Notes under the pieces: generated by a model
Databases searched by the model: none
Seen by the model: the letters and a program-made list of their open reading frames with translations, nothing else
Told to the model about the DNA's origin: nothing
Position numbers and translations under genes: made by a program
Part shown: positions 8,992 through 20,183 of the stretch, in pieces
How the letters are laid out: each line of letters begins with the position of its first letter
Numbering within the stretch: the first letter of the stretch is position 1
Origin: a bacterium
Lineage (GTDB): Bacteria > Hinthialibacterota > Hinthialibacteria > Hinthialibacterales > Hinthialibacteraceae
Length of the DNA: 36,818 nucleotides
Assembly: GCA_963663405.2 (NCBI GenBank)
Contig: CAXXSM010000067.1
Location: forward strand, 1 to 36,818
Reading direction: 5' to 3'

Positions 8992-10371
8992 TCAATCTAT
9001 CTGAGGTATCCATACTTCAGCAGTCAACCAATGATATCCATGCCAAGCGAACGATATAAGAGATATTAATAGCGCCGCTTGAACAAAATAATGAAGATAA
9101 ATCATCCATCCATATGAAAAGAGATGTACACGAAACAATCGCCATCGAAAATGATGCGAAATCGGTAGAATATTATCCAAACTGGTTGAATAAAGAACCT
9201 TGCCATTCAGACTTGGTGTGTATCCTGATCGCTCCTCCTCTTCCCGGAGCGCGCCAACGAAATACGTCAACAAGGCGCGAGCTAAATTGTAAATAATCAA
9301 AACGAGAGAAAGAATCCAATACGTCCAGCCCTGATCCCAGCCGATTAATATTTGATAAATTCGATATCGCTTACCATTTATAATAGGAGATTGTTTTCGC
9401 GATTCATCAATCTCAGATTTATCATGATTGATAGACTGCAACGCAATCTCTGAATTTTCAAACTTAGAAATTAGATGGGATGTATATTCATGATTTTCAA
9501 GATTATTTAACGCGACCAATCCAATTGTTTTAACGATATAGGGTAGTAAAAATGCGACAAGGCATAACACGTTAAAAATCATCCTCGGTCCGGTGTAATT
9601 TCTCCGAAGAACAGACCATGGATCTCTTGCGTTCGGAGAAAAGCGGGCGTCTTTAATGTAATTCGAATCGAAATAAATATGGTCCACATCACAGAGGTCC
9701 ACTCCGCTAAGATCCGCATACCTAAGGATTGCTCTACTGAAGTTCGCCACACTAAGGTTCGCTCCGCTAAAATCTGCCTCAGAAAGGTTCGCTCCGCTAA
9801 GATCTGTCCCAATAAGGTCTGCCTTACTTAAGTTAGCTCCGACAAGTTTCGCCCTACTGAGATCCGACTCGCTTAAGTCCACCTTACTAAGGTTCGCTTC
9901 ACAAAGGTCCACATCGCATAGATACAAACCACTAAGGTTCAATCCACTGAGATTCGCTTTCCACATGATCGCCCCGTTGAAATTCACCCCACATAGATTT
10001 GCTTTGCTCAAGTCCACCAACATAAGGTTTGCCCCGCTAAGGTTCGCCTTGCTGAGATCTGCACTGCTAAGGTTCGCTCCCTTTATGTAATTATTGCGGG
10101 TGTAAAATCCGCCGAGGATCGCCTCACTGAGATCCGCCTCGCTGAGATCCGCCCCTCTGAGATCCGCAACGCTAAAGTTCGCCTCGCCAAGGTTCTTCTT
10201 GCTAAGGTTCGCTCCGAAAAGGTTCGCTCCGATGAGATTCGCCTTCCTAAGGTCCATCCTAGTGAGTTCCGCATCACTAAGGTCGGGTCTAATATCCGGA
10301 TTTTCTTCCCGCCAAGCATTCCATGCATTCACTCCTTCCTTAAGTTTCGCAAGGTGTTCCTTATTCGCCAT
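8992..10371 (-). CDS. Pentapeptide-repeat protein with a C-terminal membrane domain (about 3 TM)
   Basis: A[DN]LSx repeats over about residues 30-228, also visible as 15-nt DNA periodicity (ctaaggttcgc...). The C-terminal half has three hydrophobic stretches. Confidence 0.9.
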   Translation of the reverse strand: MANKEHLAKLKEGVNAWNAWREENPDIRPDLSDAELTRMDLRKANLIGANLFGANLSKKNLGEANFSVADLRGADLSEADLSEAILGGFYTRNNYIKGANLSSADLSKANLSGANLMLVDLSKANLCGVNFNGAIMWKANLSGLNLSGLYLCDVDLCEANLSKVDLSESDLSRAKLVGANLSKADLIGTDLSGANLSEADFSGANLSVANFSRAILRYADLSGVDLCDVDHIYFDSNYIKDARFSPNARDPWSVLRRNYTGPRMIFNVLCLVAFLLPYIVKTIGLVALNNLENHEYTSHLISKFENSEIALQSINHDKSEIDESRKQSPIINGKRYRIYQILIGWDQGWTYWILSLVLIIYNLARALLTYFVGALREEEERSGYTPSLNGKVLYSTSLDNILPISHHFRWRLFRVHLFSYGWMIYLHYFVQAALLISLISFAWHGYHWLTAEVWIPQID

Positions 10372-10427
10372 TGATTCACTCCTTCTTCAAATAAAGAAAG
10401 TATCTAGGCTTTTATAAATGCTCCGAT

Positions 10428-11756
10428 TCACGTCTTTCTCAAACCAACCTCTCTCTCCCACATCCCTAATTCCCCAAACAGTTCTTCAACCAATTCCGGA
10501 TACCGCCCAGCCTGATCATTCTTCTCCCCCAAATCCTCATCGAGGTTGAACAGAGCGTATTCCCTCCCCTTTTCCTTTTCAAAGACCATCAATTTCCACG
10601 GCCCTTTCCGGACAGCTTTCTGTTTTTGATACGACCAGAATAAGGTTCGGTCTTTTATGCGCTTGTTGTTTGTCAGCAGGGGCAGGAGATTGGCTCCATC
10701 GATTTTGTGTTCTTGTGGGATGGACACCCCCGCCTAGGGCTATCATGGTGGGGAATAGATCGAGGGAGATGGTTGTTTGATTGGAGGTTTGTCCTGGCGC
10801 GATTTTTCCTGGCCAATAGGCGATCGCGGGGACGCGGTGTCCTCCCTCCCAGAGGCTTCCTTTGAAACCATGCAACGGGCCATTGGAGCCGTATTTCATT
10901 GCGCCATTGTCGGAGAAGAAAAAGATCAAGGTATTCTGTTCCAGACCGCAGCGCCGCAGCGTTGTTACGATTTCCCCAACGCCTTTGTCCATCTCTTCGA
11001 TCATTTCTTTATATGCGCCTGCGATATCCTTACGCGTTCCATGATTGGGCGCGGAGCCGCCTATGGTGCGATCGGCTTTGTCGTTCGGTCCTTGATAAGG
11101 GTAGTGGGGGGCTTCGTGGGCGACGTATAGGCAGAAGGGGGAATCCTTGTTTTCTTCGATGAATCGCACAGCATGTTTTGTGATTAGGTGGGTTGTGTAT
11201 CCTTCTTCTTCGATCGGTGTTGAATTATCCCACCAGTCGGCTGCGCCGGTTTGATCGATGTGTGAGATATAATCCACGTTCCGCTGACGTATCCCCGGAA
11301 CCGGTCAAAGCCATGTTTATCGGGATTGAAACGCGGGTGATATCCCAAATGCCATTTTCCAAAAATCCCTGTCGCGTATCCAGCGGCTTTTAATTGTTTT
11401 GAGAATGTGATCTCGTTCGGTGAGAGGCCGTGATCCCGGTGGTTCTTCGCCGAAATCACCACCGGCACGCCGCAGCGCTGTTGATAGCGTCCAGTCAGCA
11501 AACCCGCGCGGGTGGGGCTGCAGACGGCTCCGCTGGAATGGAAATCGGTGAAGCGAATTCCGTCCTTCGCTAAGGCGTTCAGGTTCGGTGTTTGAATTCG
11601 TGTATTTCCATAACAGCCGAGATCGCCGTATCCCAGATCGTCAGCCAGAATCACAACGATATTGGGCCTTCGCTGTGATTCAATGGCTTTGCCATAGGCG
11701 CTCAGAGACACCGCCGCGGAACTGATGGTTTGTAGAAAAGAACGCCGATTGATCAT
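10428..11756 (-). CDS. Tat-exported S1 arylsulfatase with two frameshifts (probable sequencing errors; otherwise a pseudogene)
   Basis: Three consecutive ORFs join into one sulfatase (NRRSFL, ADDLG, CSPTR, GKWHLG, SDNG, EGGHRVP). One A is missing near 11280 (SG-NVDY) and one G is extra near 10730. Confidence 0.88.
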
Positions 11757-12475
11757 CTTTCAATCTCCTTATTCAACGAGGATACCATTCCCATTAGAAA
11801 ATCATATTCCGGTTGACTGAGTTCTAACCGGTGGATCAAATTGCGGATCACCTCGATCTGCCGCTCCCGCCGTCCTGGTTTAAAGAAAGTTGTTGACTCT
11901 AACACATTCACGGCGTTTTCAAAAAGACGCTGTGTTTCTTCATGCGACGCCGGGTGTTCCTCTACCTTAATTTCATTGTCATAAGCCAGTGTCCTGGATA
12001 ATTCGTAGAGAACCACCGTTACGGCGTGCGCGAGATTGAGGCTTAGGATTTCATTATTGAGTGGAATATAGACGATTTTTTCGCAAAGGCGTTTGTCAGC
12101 GTTGGACAATCCGAAATCTTCCGCGCCGAAAACCAGCGCCACCCGTTTGCCGGGCAGCGCTTCCCTGCCCCACTCGCTCCACGCTGACAAATCCATATAG
12201 GGCCGCGTAAAATCGTGGCGCCGTCTTGAAAAACCAACCACGTGATGATAGGAAGAGACGGCCTCGATCAAATCGGGTACAACGATACAGTTTTCGAGAA
12301 CATCCACCGATCCACTCGCGGTTTTATAGGCGGGAGACGCATGGCTCCATTCAAACGCGGGCGCCACCAAGATCAACCGGCCAGCGCCGAACGCTTTGAT
12401 TGAGCGCGCGGCGAATCCCACATTTTCTGGAATCTGTCCTCCCACCAAAATCACATCGAATCGAGAAAGTTCCAT
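11753..12475 (-). CDS. trmJ: SPOUT RNA 2'-O-methyltransferase, TrmH/TrmJ family
   Basis: [43 protein letters not shown] and a TrmJ-type C-terminal helical extension. Confidence 0.8.
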   Translation of the reverse strand: MELSRFDVILVGGQIPENVGFAARSIKAFGAGRLILVAPAFEWSHASPAYKTASGSVDVLENCIVVPDLIEAVSSYHHVVGFSRRRHDFTRPYMDLSAWSEWGREALPGKRVALVFGAEDFGLSNADKRLCEKIVYIPLNNEILSLNLAHAVTVVLYELSRTLAYDNEIKVEEHPASHEETQRLFENAVNVLESTTFFKPGRRERQIEVIRNLIHRLELSQPEYDFLMGMVSSLNKEIER

Positions 12476-12484
12476 AACAAAGCG

Positions 12485-15400
12485 CTATTCAATCCGCCAC
12501 TCTTTCACGCGGGTATCCGTTTCTAAAAGGATGGTCTGCGTTAGTACCGCCGAACGATTCTGATCGCTATCCCTTAGCTGAACGTATACGGTTTTCATTC
12601 CATCCTCCGGCTCCAATTCCCAGCTGGATCGTTCTTGATAGGGAATCCAGTTGTCTTCGAAATCCGAATTATTGGATAGGCGCATCTCAGCTGGATTTCC
12701 TTCCGCATGGATAGCGACGGTCACGGCGCGCTCCGCTGTCTTTTCAGCGCCACCGTTGATTGTGAACGAATTGATCGCTGGGCCATCCATCGCCTGTGGA
12801 CGTGTTTCCCAATCTTCTTCCATTTCATCATTGTCACAAAACGCTTTTAACGCGATCGTCAATGGAAGCGCCGTGTTGAGAGAGACTGTTCGGTCCGGAC
12901 TCCAAACGCCCGCCTGTACACCTGGACTAGAGACTCCGGGCGCCTCTTCTCCCCATGATACTTGATCGAGTATCGTCCGGCGCGAAGGTGTTCCCATAGA
13001 TGATAGTGGATAAAGCGCCATTGTTTCGTTTTGACTGAGTGGTTGATTTACGCCCAACTCGTCAAGCCACCACTCCACGCTCTCACCAGGCTGTAGATTC
13101 GCTGGTGGGAGTGGAATCCACTTATCCATGTTTTCGAGATAGAGGCAATACTCTTCTGTCAAAACAGGTTCAGGCCGGTGTTCAGACAACGAAATCGCTA
13201 CACGTTCCTGCCCGGCGGAAATTCCGGACACATCCACACGGCTGAGACACAATCCCGCCGCGAACGCCGTTTTCTCGAAAGGCAGAATTTTGACATCATC
13301 CACCGCTCCGCGAAAACATTGCGATCCATTCAATCCGATCAATAGAGCGTTCGTATTCTCCGGCATTAACGCGCGGCAGGAACTTTCCACGATACGGTAA
13401 TTATTGTAATAGACACAGACTAATTCACTGGCGGAATTGTATGTACCCGCGATATGACTCCACGTTCTCGGACGCAGCTGCGCCTCGATCTCTTTGCGCC
13501 CATAATAGACTCGGTGTTCGATCCCAAAACGCGCAGGCATGAAGCACGGCTCCATCGCGTCCCAGCTGAACGGCCCATATCCCAACATCAATGTATAATT
13601 GAAATGATCCTCATCACCCTTTGTTAGAATCACGGGATTCCCATTGGAGATCGAATCGGCCGAATCCACGCTTCGACTGTAATTTCTCCCGTCAGATTCA
13701 AATCTTCTGAATGGGGAATCCGGATATAGTCTCTCGAACCATCCAAATAGACCGCCTGTCCCAACCGCCCATTCAACGCGCTGCGCGTCTCCAGCCAACT
13801 GGCCTTCATGTCCATAGACACTTACATCGAGAGCCGGACCGGAACTTTCATTCAGATTCATCAGCAAGCGCGGTTCTGGAGAGACAACTTGCAATTCAAA
13901 GGATTGTGTCAATTCAATCCCCTGTCCTGTATGGGCGGTTAATCCGATCTCAAAACGGCCCGGTTCTGGAGGAACACCCTGAAGAATCCCCCGGTTGGTA
14001 TCAAGTGTCAGCCATGACGGGCCTTGTTTCAAATCATAGGTTACCCGTGAAGCCCTCCGGTAATCCACGGCGGTGGCGCGATACATGTAGGGATCGCCAA
14101 CGATCGCTTGATACACCGGCTTTGTTAAAAACGCCGCGCCTTGTTCTCGGTTGATCCATTCAGCGAGATCCTCCCGGCGCCGGGTCAAGTACGTTTGCAT
14201 AAAACTGGTCTGGTAGGATGACAGCTGCAACGCTGACCGCGCCTCTTCGATTCGCGCGTCCATTGATGATTTGGAAAAAAAGCGCGCTCAGCAACCCGTC
14301 CACGTTGCGGTAATACTGCGCCCCAAACACAGGATGATTGAGAATCTTATTAATCGCGGAAAACTTTGTCGAACGAATGTGCGTGTAGAGTTTTCGATAA
14401 CTCGTTCCATTCTGATCAGAACTGTAATTGAAGGTTCCATTCAAATCCCAAGCCAATATATGGATACTGCCGCGTTTGAGGATTGTTATAGAGCACATAG
14501 TTATGTCCATGATCGGTATAAGGCGAATCCCAATGCGCCACACAGGCGGGATACCGCCATCCAGAGGAGAAATTCATCCGTATTCAAAACCGAATAGACC
14601 TGCTCCAAATAATCATCATCCCACGTTTCCGTTTCGGACAGCGCTTTGCAGAATTGAACGATATCGCTCCAATCGGCTTCTTCCTCATTGGTCTGTTTTA
14701 GATAACACCTCTCATAAAGCGATGGATCATCGCCTATATACCGCCAAGTCGCTTTGTTTTCCGGGTGTTCCATCCAATGTCGTTTTATACAAATTACCGC
14801 TGCCGTCCGAAAAGAAATTTTTTCGCCGGAGAAACTGGCGGTCAGGATTTTCGATCGCGCAGCGGTAGGGGATCCCTTGCGCGGCGCTTCCATTGATATG
14901 AAAGCGGACGATCTCCGTTTCCAGGTTGGGAAGCCCAGCGGCGCCATATAATTGATAACTGATATAACTGCTTCAGCAACGTCGAATAATCGGTTCCATT
15001 CAAATTGAGCCGCCGGATTTTATCGCGGTAGAGCTGATGGTGTGGAAAATAGAATTTTGAATCGCGCGTTGGCGCTGCGCGAAACGGCCCCGGTGGGCGG
15101 ATATTCACACGGTAATACACTGTCTCGCCATCATAAAACGTCGCGGGGCGTATATTCATCTGTCTGATATTTCTGTAAAAATGCCCGCTTGATTCTCCGG
15201 CGTCATCACAATTCGGAGAAACGATACCCGCTCCGCTCTCCCCTTGGGATTCCACAACAGTCAAATATGGCTCGCGAGGCCCCTTCCATCGGCAACGACG
15301 CGTCCAATCCTTCGTCATCCACCGCCCGGATATAAAAACGAATTACGGTTAAATTATTCGATCCAGGAATCGATGCGCCATAAACATTGTCACCGGCTTC

Positions 15401-16144
15401 ACCATCCTCCATGCAATCCATCATCCCATCATCGCAATGGTTTCATATGATAAAACCATCACCATAACCATACGAGAGATGAACCGAATCCACATTCCCA
15501 TCCGCGTCCAAGACACGCGCGGTGACTGTTACATCTTCTGATGGACTGGGAATTTTTGGATTGTGATCGAGATCGAGAATCAACGGCTCCAGTTCTTCAG
15601 TATAGGCGGAATTCCGTTCTCCCGGCGTTCCATTAGGTGTAGACGCCGCCCACGCGCTGGGTTCGTTTGCAGGAAGCAGGGGATGGCGCCGTTCGAGCGA
15701 GATTCCACTCCCATCCCGCGCTCTCCGGCCATGGGGCGCGATCGTCGTAGCGAATCCACTCTATAAGCGCACCACTTGAATCAAACAAACCGAACGGTGT
15801 CTCCAGCATTGGAGAGATTGAACGGCAATCCGCTCAGATCAGCGTCGAATGAGTACACTGCCCGAAACCGGTCCGCGTCATTCGTGAGAACCAGATACCC
15901 CTCTGATGGTATCACCGTTCCTGAAGGAAAAGTAAATCGATGAGAGTCAATGTCATCTTTAACGCTCCATCCACTCAGATCGGCGAATTCTCCACCTGAA
16001 TTATAGAGTTCAATAAACTCGAGTTCGCTGTCCGCCGCACTGATATAGTATCTCGTTAATTACCATAACAGCGCTCACAGGAAAAGTCGCGGCAAAACTA
16101 CTTACAACAATCAGCAGTAAAAAAAACATTCTAGATAATTTCAT
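12485..16144 (-). CDS. Secreted multidomain protein of about 1220 aa: signal peptide, lamin-tail domain, CotH kinase, Ig-like (He_PIG), LamG, C-terminal beta domain; heavily frameshifted
   Basis: Manual translation across frames: MKLSRMFFLLLIVV signal; VINEI..EFIELYN..DLSGW..WPESADGSGISLER..GTPGERNS (LTD); HNYVLY..AWDLN (CotH); GPSWLTLD..GILQGVP (Ig); ITVEAWIRP..WSHIAGTY..FRGAVDDVKI (LamG). About a dozen frame changes fall between about 13630 and 16050. Confidence 0.8.
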
Positions 16145-16239
16145 CAATCTCCAAATCCATTCTACAAAGATATTTACAATCCCATCTCATTGATCAACTA
16201 TAGTATAGACTTAGATTTTTGCACCAAGGAGAATCACCG

Positions 16240-17226
16240 ATGAAATCAAGAGAAATTGTGCGCCGGGCGATCGAGTTTGAAAATCCGCCACGTCTTCCCT
16301 TCTTTCAACATGAAATACCTGAAGCGCCCGATGATGTTTGTGATATCTGGGAGATGGACCGCGCGCAGGCTGGATGGTTTTTTGATAACGCGGCGCTGGA
16401 TGATTGGAGCTGTGGATGGGCGGTAACCGGGGAAAAAAACATGGGGCAAGTCGTCGATCACCCTCTCAAAACGCAAGAAAACATCGATCGCTTTCATCCC
16501 CCCGATCCAACCAATCCATTTTATTTTCAACGAATGGAACCTCTCCTCGATCAAGCGGATGGGCGATATGTTATTGTAACCGCTCATTTTAACCTAATTG
16601 AACGTCTTCACATGCTGCGTGGATTCGCCGAAGCGATGGAGGATTTTTATCTGAATCCTCAACAGACTGAACGCCTGCTTGATATCATCCTTCAATTCCG
16701 GATTGAGCAGTTAGAGGAGCTACATACCCGTTTTGGAAACCGGATCGATGGAATCTTTCTTACGGACGATTGGGGAACACAGCAAGGGCCGTTTGTGGGG
16801 ATGAATATCTTCGATCAGTTTTTCGCCCCGCGATACAAGACACTGTTCAAGGCGATTCATGGATTTGGTTGGCATGTGTTTCTGCACAGCTGTGGTAAAA
16901 TCAACGCTCTCGTTCCCCGCTTGATCAAAGCCGGAGTGGATGTCCTTAACATGCAGCAACCACAAGCCTATGGACTTATTGAATTCGGAGAAACGTTCAA
17001 AGGAAAGGTCGGTTTCCTCACCACAGCGGATATACAAACGACTCTCCCGCGTGGCAATGAGCAAGAAGTCCGCGAAGAGGTACGATTATTAATTCAACAT
17101 TGGAGCGTGCCTGAAGGAGGCTTCATCGTATTTAACTATGGCGATCCCCAAGCGCTGGGAGTTCCACCGGAAATGACCCGGATTATGTTTGAGGAGTTTG
17201 TAACACACATGAATTACTGGCGATAA
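16240..17226 (+). CDS. Uroporphyrinogen decarboxylase-like (URO-D/MtaA/CmuA superfamily) protein
   Basis: LRGFAEAMEDFY, TDDWGTQ, FLHSCG, GVDVLNMQQP, DIQTTLP, GGFI. AAGGAG lies before ATG 16240. Confidence 0.88.
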   Translation: MKSREIVRRAIEFENPPRLPFFQHEIPEAPDDVCDIWEMDRAQAGWFFDNAALDDWSCGWAVTGEKNMGQVVDHPLKTQENIDRFHPPDPTNPFYFQRMEPLLDQADGRYVIVTAHFNLIERLHMLRGFAEAMEDFYLNPQQTERLLDIILQFRIEQLEELHTRFGNRIDGIFLTDDWGTQQGPFVGMNIFDQFFAPRYKTLFKAIHGFGWHVFLHSCGKINALVPRLIKAGVDVLNMQQPQAYGLIEFGETFKGKVGFLTTADIQTTLPRGNEQEVREEVRLLIQHWSVPEGGFIVFNYGDPQALGVPPEMTRIMFEEFVTHMNYWR

Positions 17227-17250
17227 ACGAACTATCCTAAACAAGCGTAT

Positions 17251-19482
17251 TTAGCCACCCCAAGGTGTCTTCAACACGGAAAGAATGTTCGAATACCGGT
17301 CAGTCCAAAGCCTGACACCCTCACGATCCTCCAAAGACTTCCATCGTGGATCGGATATCAATTGTTTTAAATCCTCCTGATTTCGCGCCGCTACAACCCA
17401 GATCGATGGGTATCGCTTCCCCCGCTTCTCTTCCATGCTTAAATCCAGATCTCGTTGGATGAATCCAACCATCCCGGCGTCTTCGATCAATCTTGCTAAA
17501 ACCGGTTCAAGGTCCATGTAGCGGTTCGTAATATTAAACACAAGGACGCCATTACCTTTGAGTTTGGATTGATATAATTGGAACGCCTCGCGAGTTAGCA
17601 GATGCGTGGGAATCGCATCGGAACTGAAAGCGTCTTGTATGATTAGATCATATGACACATCCGTTTTGTTTCGTAAAGAGACACGGGCGTCTCCTAGAAC
17701 CACGTTTACTTTCGCCGGACAATCGCGCAGGTAGGTAAACCAATCCGCGTTTCGCGCGGCTGTCTCTACATTTGGATCGATTTCGTAAAACATCATTTCA
17801 TCCCCAGCCCTGCCATAGGCGGCGATGGTTCCTACCCCTAGACCAAAGATCGCGATCGATCGCGGGGCGGCATAATCGATAGACGCGAAAAACTGGCCCA
17901 GCGGCCCGTTACGATGGAAATACGTAAGCGCTTCCCCCCTTCGTTCGGGATCAAGCAGCTGCGCCCCATGCAGCGTTGTTCCATGATAAAAAAGATGGTA
18001 TTCGTTGCGCGAATCCACCGCCACTTTCAACACACCGAAGAATCCACGATCCCGCATCAGTACATTTTGTTGGGATTGAACCATCAACGATCCGGCCAGT
18101 AAAAACGATCCCAAACCCAGCGCGATCCGTTTTGGTGTATTTAAATAATAGAAGAAGAAAACACCCCCAAATGAACAAACCAAAATCAGGCTAATCGTTC
18201 CCACATGGAGCGCGATCTCCCGGTTCCCCGTCATGATTCCAATAGGCAAAATCAGTATGGCCGCCACGATCGCCCACGTTAACAAACTCATATTCCGGAG
18301 TGGCCCTCTCACACTCTCACGAGGCCGGAGGACGCAGGCGGCGATCATCAGTATTGGATATTCAACGATCGCGTTAAAGATCGCGGGAGCGATCAACGCT
18401 GTAAACAATCCCCCTAATACACCACCCAGCGATAACCAGAGATAGAATTCCGTTAGACGGTTTGGATGGGGTTTTGTCCTTTCCAATTCTCCATGACAAA
18501 CCATCGAAAAGACAAAAAACGCCGCCAGATGGATCGGGAAATCGAGCCATATCACCGTTTTCAATCCCCCCATATACAAAACCAACGGCGGAAGAATTAA
18601 ATACCGCTGCGCGTTCAGCATCCATTCCCGCCGTATAAGCGGTTTCCGCGCAAACACGAAGACAAAAGTCAGCAGATACAAGCCAAGAGGAATCACCCAG
18701 AACAGAGGTGCGGCGGCGATATCGGTTGTGATATGATTCGTGACACCCAGTAGAAGACTCGAAGGGACGAAAGCGAGCGCGATCCAATGCAGACGCTTTC
18801 GATTAGAAATCGTCTGCCCACTGTCTCCTTTTGTGTTTTCCTTTGAGCAACTAGTAATATCATTCGCATTCAATCTCCAAACCGAAACCGCGCAACCCAG
18901 AATCAGAAGCATAAATCCGATGTATCCAATCGACCATGCCCTTCGTTGCGCGTCGAAATCGAGCATGGACTCTAAAAACAACGGATATCCAAAGAGAGCG
19001 ATAAAACTCCCTAAATTACTGGCCGCATATAAAAAATAGGGATTCCGGGCGCCGGGATGGCGTATCCATCCATACCAGCGCTGCAGCATCGGAGCTGTCG
19101 CGGAAAGAACAAAAAAAGGGAATCCGATCGTTACCAATAAAAACTGGAACAACCAGAGCACAGGCCAATCCACCGGTGGCGTGGAATCGATCCAGCCAGA
19201 GGAAAGCGTAAAATATGCGATTCCAACCGGGATACAATGTAATAGCGCCTGCCCCTTCACTCCCAAAAACCGGGAACTCAAATGCGCGTATAAATACCCA
19301 CCCAACAGCGCCGCTTGAAAGAAAACAAGACACGTATTCCAAACCAATGGAGCCCCGCCAAGCAAGGGCAAAACCATCTTACTGACCATCGGCTGCGCCC
19401 AGAACAATAGAGCCGCGCTGATAAATAACGCCGTTGAAAATAGGAATTGCAAAACGAGCCTCCAAAGGGCATATTCAATCAA
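17251..19482 (-). CDS. Polytopic membrane protein fused to a spermidine synthase-like SAM-dependent transferase domain
   Basis: Many TM helices (PLLGGAPLVWNTC, NPYFLYAASNLGS) followed by HGTTLHG, GLGVGT, YEIDP, GDAR, DAFSSDAIPTHLLT. Confidence 0.9.
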   Translation of the reverse strand: MIEYALWRLVLQFLFSTALFISAALLFWAQPMVSKMVLPLLGGAPLVWNTCLVFFQAALLGGYLYAHLSSRFLGVKGQALLHCIPVGIAYFTLSSGWIDSTPPVDWPVLWLFQFLLVTIGFPFFVLSATAPMLQRWYGWIRHPGARNPYFLYAASNLGSFIALFGYPLFLESMLDFDAQRRAWSIGYIGFMLLILGCAVSVWRLNANDITSCSKENTKGDSGQTISNRKRLHWIALAFVPSSLLLGVTNHITTDIAAAPLFWVIPLGLYLLTFVFVFARKPLIRREWMLNAQRYLILPPLVLYMGGLKTVIWLDFPIHLAAFFVFSMVCHGELERTKPHPNRLTEFYLWLSLGGVLGGLFTALIAPAIFNAIVEYPILMIAACVLRPRESVRGPLRNMSLLTWAIVAAILILPIGIMTGNREIALHVGTISLILVCSFGGVFFFYYLNTPKRIALGLGSFLLAGSLMVQSQQNVLMRDRGFFGVLKVAVDSRNEYHLFYHGTTLHGAQLLDPERRGEALTYFHRNGPLGQFFASIDYAAPRSIAIFGLGVGTIAAYGRAGDEMMFYEIDPNVETAARNADWFTYLRDCPAKVNVVLGDARVSLRNKTDVSYDLIIQDAFSSDAIPTHLLTREAFQLYQSKLKGNGVLVFNITNRYMDLEPVLARLIEDAGMVGFIQRDLDLSMEEKRGKRYPSIWVVAARNQEDLKQLISDPRWKSLEDREGVRLWTDRYSNILSVLKTPWGG

Positions 19483-19664
19483 ACAGATTTCTAGCAGGAT
19501 AAAATCATTTGTCCCAATATCGTTGATTAAATTGTGTTAATTTCTTTCTATTCCTTATACACTCATCTATAATTCTAGAAAGTCTTGTGAGAGATAATTA
19601 ATTTTTACAATCAATTGAACCATAATGTATTTCAGTTCTTGAGATTGATTTTACAATCTTTCTT

Positions 19665-19692
19665 TTGACAAACAGTTCACATTATTTATATT
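19665..19692 (+). promoter_or_regulatory. Sigma70-type promoter upstream of the higBA-like operon
   Basis: TTGACA (19665-19670), 16 bp, TATATT (19687-19692). A 6-bp inverted repeat AGATTG-N6-CAATCT lies just upstream. Confidence 0.55.
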
Positions 19693-19808
19693 TAAATTTG
19701 TACATTCATTTTTGGAATAGAAAGAGTACAATGGATTTAACTGGATTATCCGAAAAAAAACACACACATTCCATGATGGATGCATTGAAACAATAGATAA
19801 AGAGATTT

Positions 19809-20183
19809 ATGCCAACAACTCGCATTTTACTTTATCAAGAAGAAGATGGTACGATTCCCCTATTGGATTGGTTTCGAGATCTTCCTAACAAGGCCGTTAT
19901 CAAATGCCGCACAAGGATGGATCGCTTAGCAGAACAAGGTTATGAAATACGGCGTCCAATAGGCGATTATCTGGGAGATGGGATTTATGAGTTAAGAGCG
20001 CTATCCCAAGGAATTCATTACCGGATTTTATATTTCTTTTATGAAAATACAGCGGTCATTCTTTCGCACGGTTTAACGAAAGAAAAAAATATCCCTTCCA
20101 AGGAAATAGAATATGCGATAGAACGGAAAATAAAATTTCAAAAGAATCCGGATAAACATTCATATGAGGAAGTAAAATCATGA
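19809..20183 (+). CDS. higB: Type II toxin, RelE/HigB (Gp49-like) family
   Basis: RRPIGDYLGDGIYELR...YRILYFF...ILSHGLTKE...IPSKEIE. Toxin-first gene order. Confidence 0.85.
   Translation: MPTTRILLYQEEDGTIPLLDWFRDLPNKAVIKCRTRMDRLAEQGYEIRRPIGDYLGDGIYELRALSQGIHYRILYFFYENTAVILSHGLTKEKNIPSKEIEYAIERKIKFQKNPDKHSYEEVKS

Noticed and set aside
9680-10290. Non-coding tandem DNA repeat
   Set aside because: The 15-nt periodicity is fully explained by pentapeptide-repeat coding.
10428-11756. Programmed ribosomal frameshifting or three separate genes
   Set aside because: The breaks fall inside one sulfatase fold at short base runs with no slippery heptamer, and similar indels cluster nearby.
19731-19796. 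21-aa ORF MDLTGLSEKKHTHSMMDALKQ upstream of higB
   Set aside because: Weak SD sequence and no recognisable motif. ORFs of this size arise by chance.
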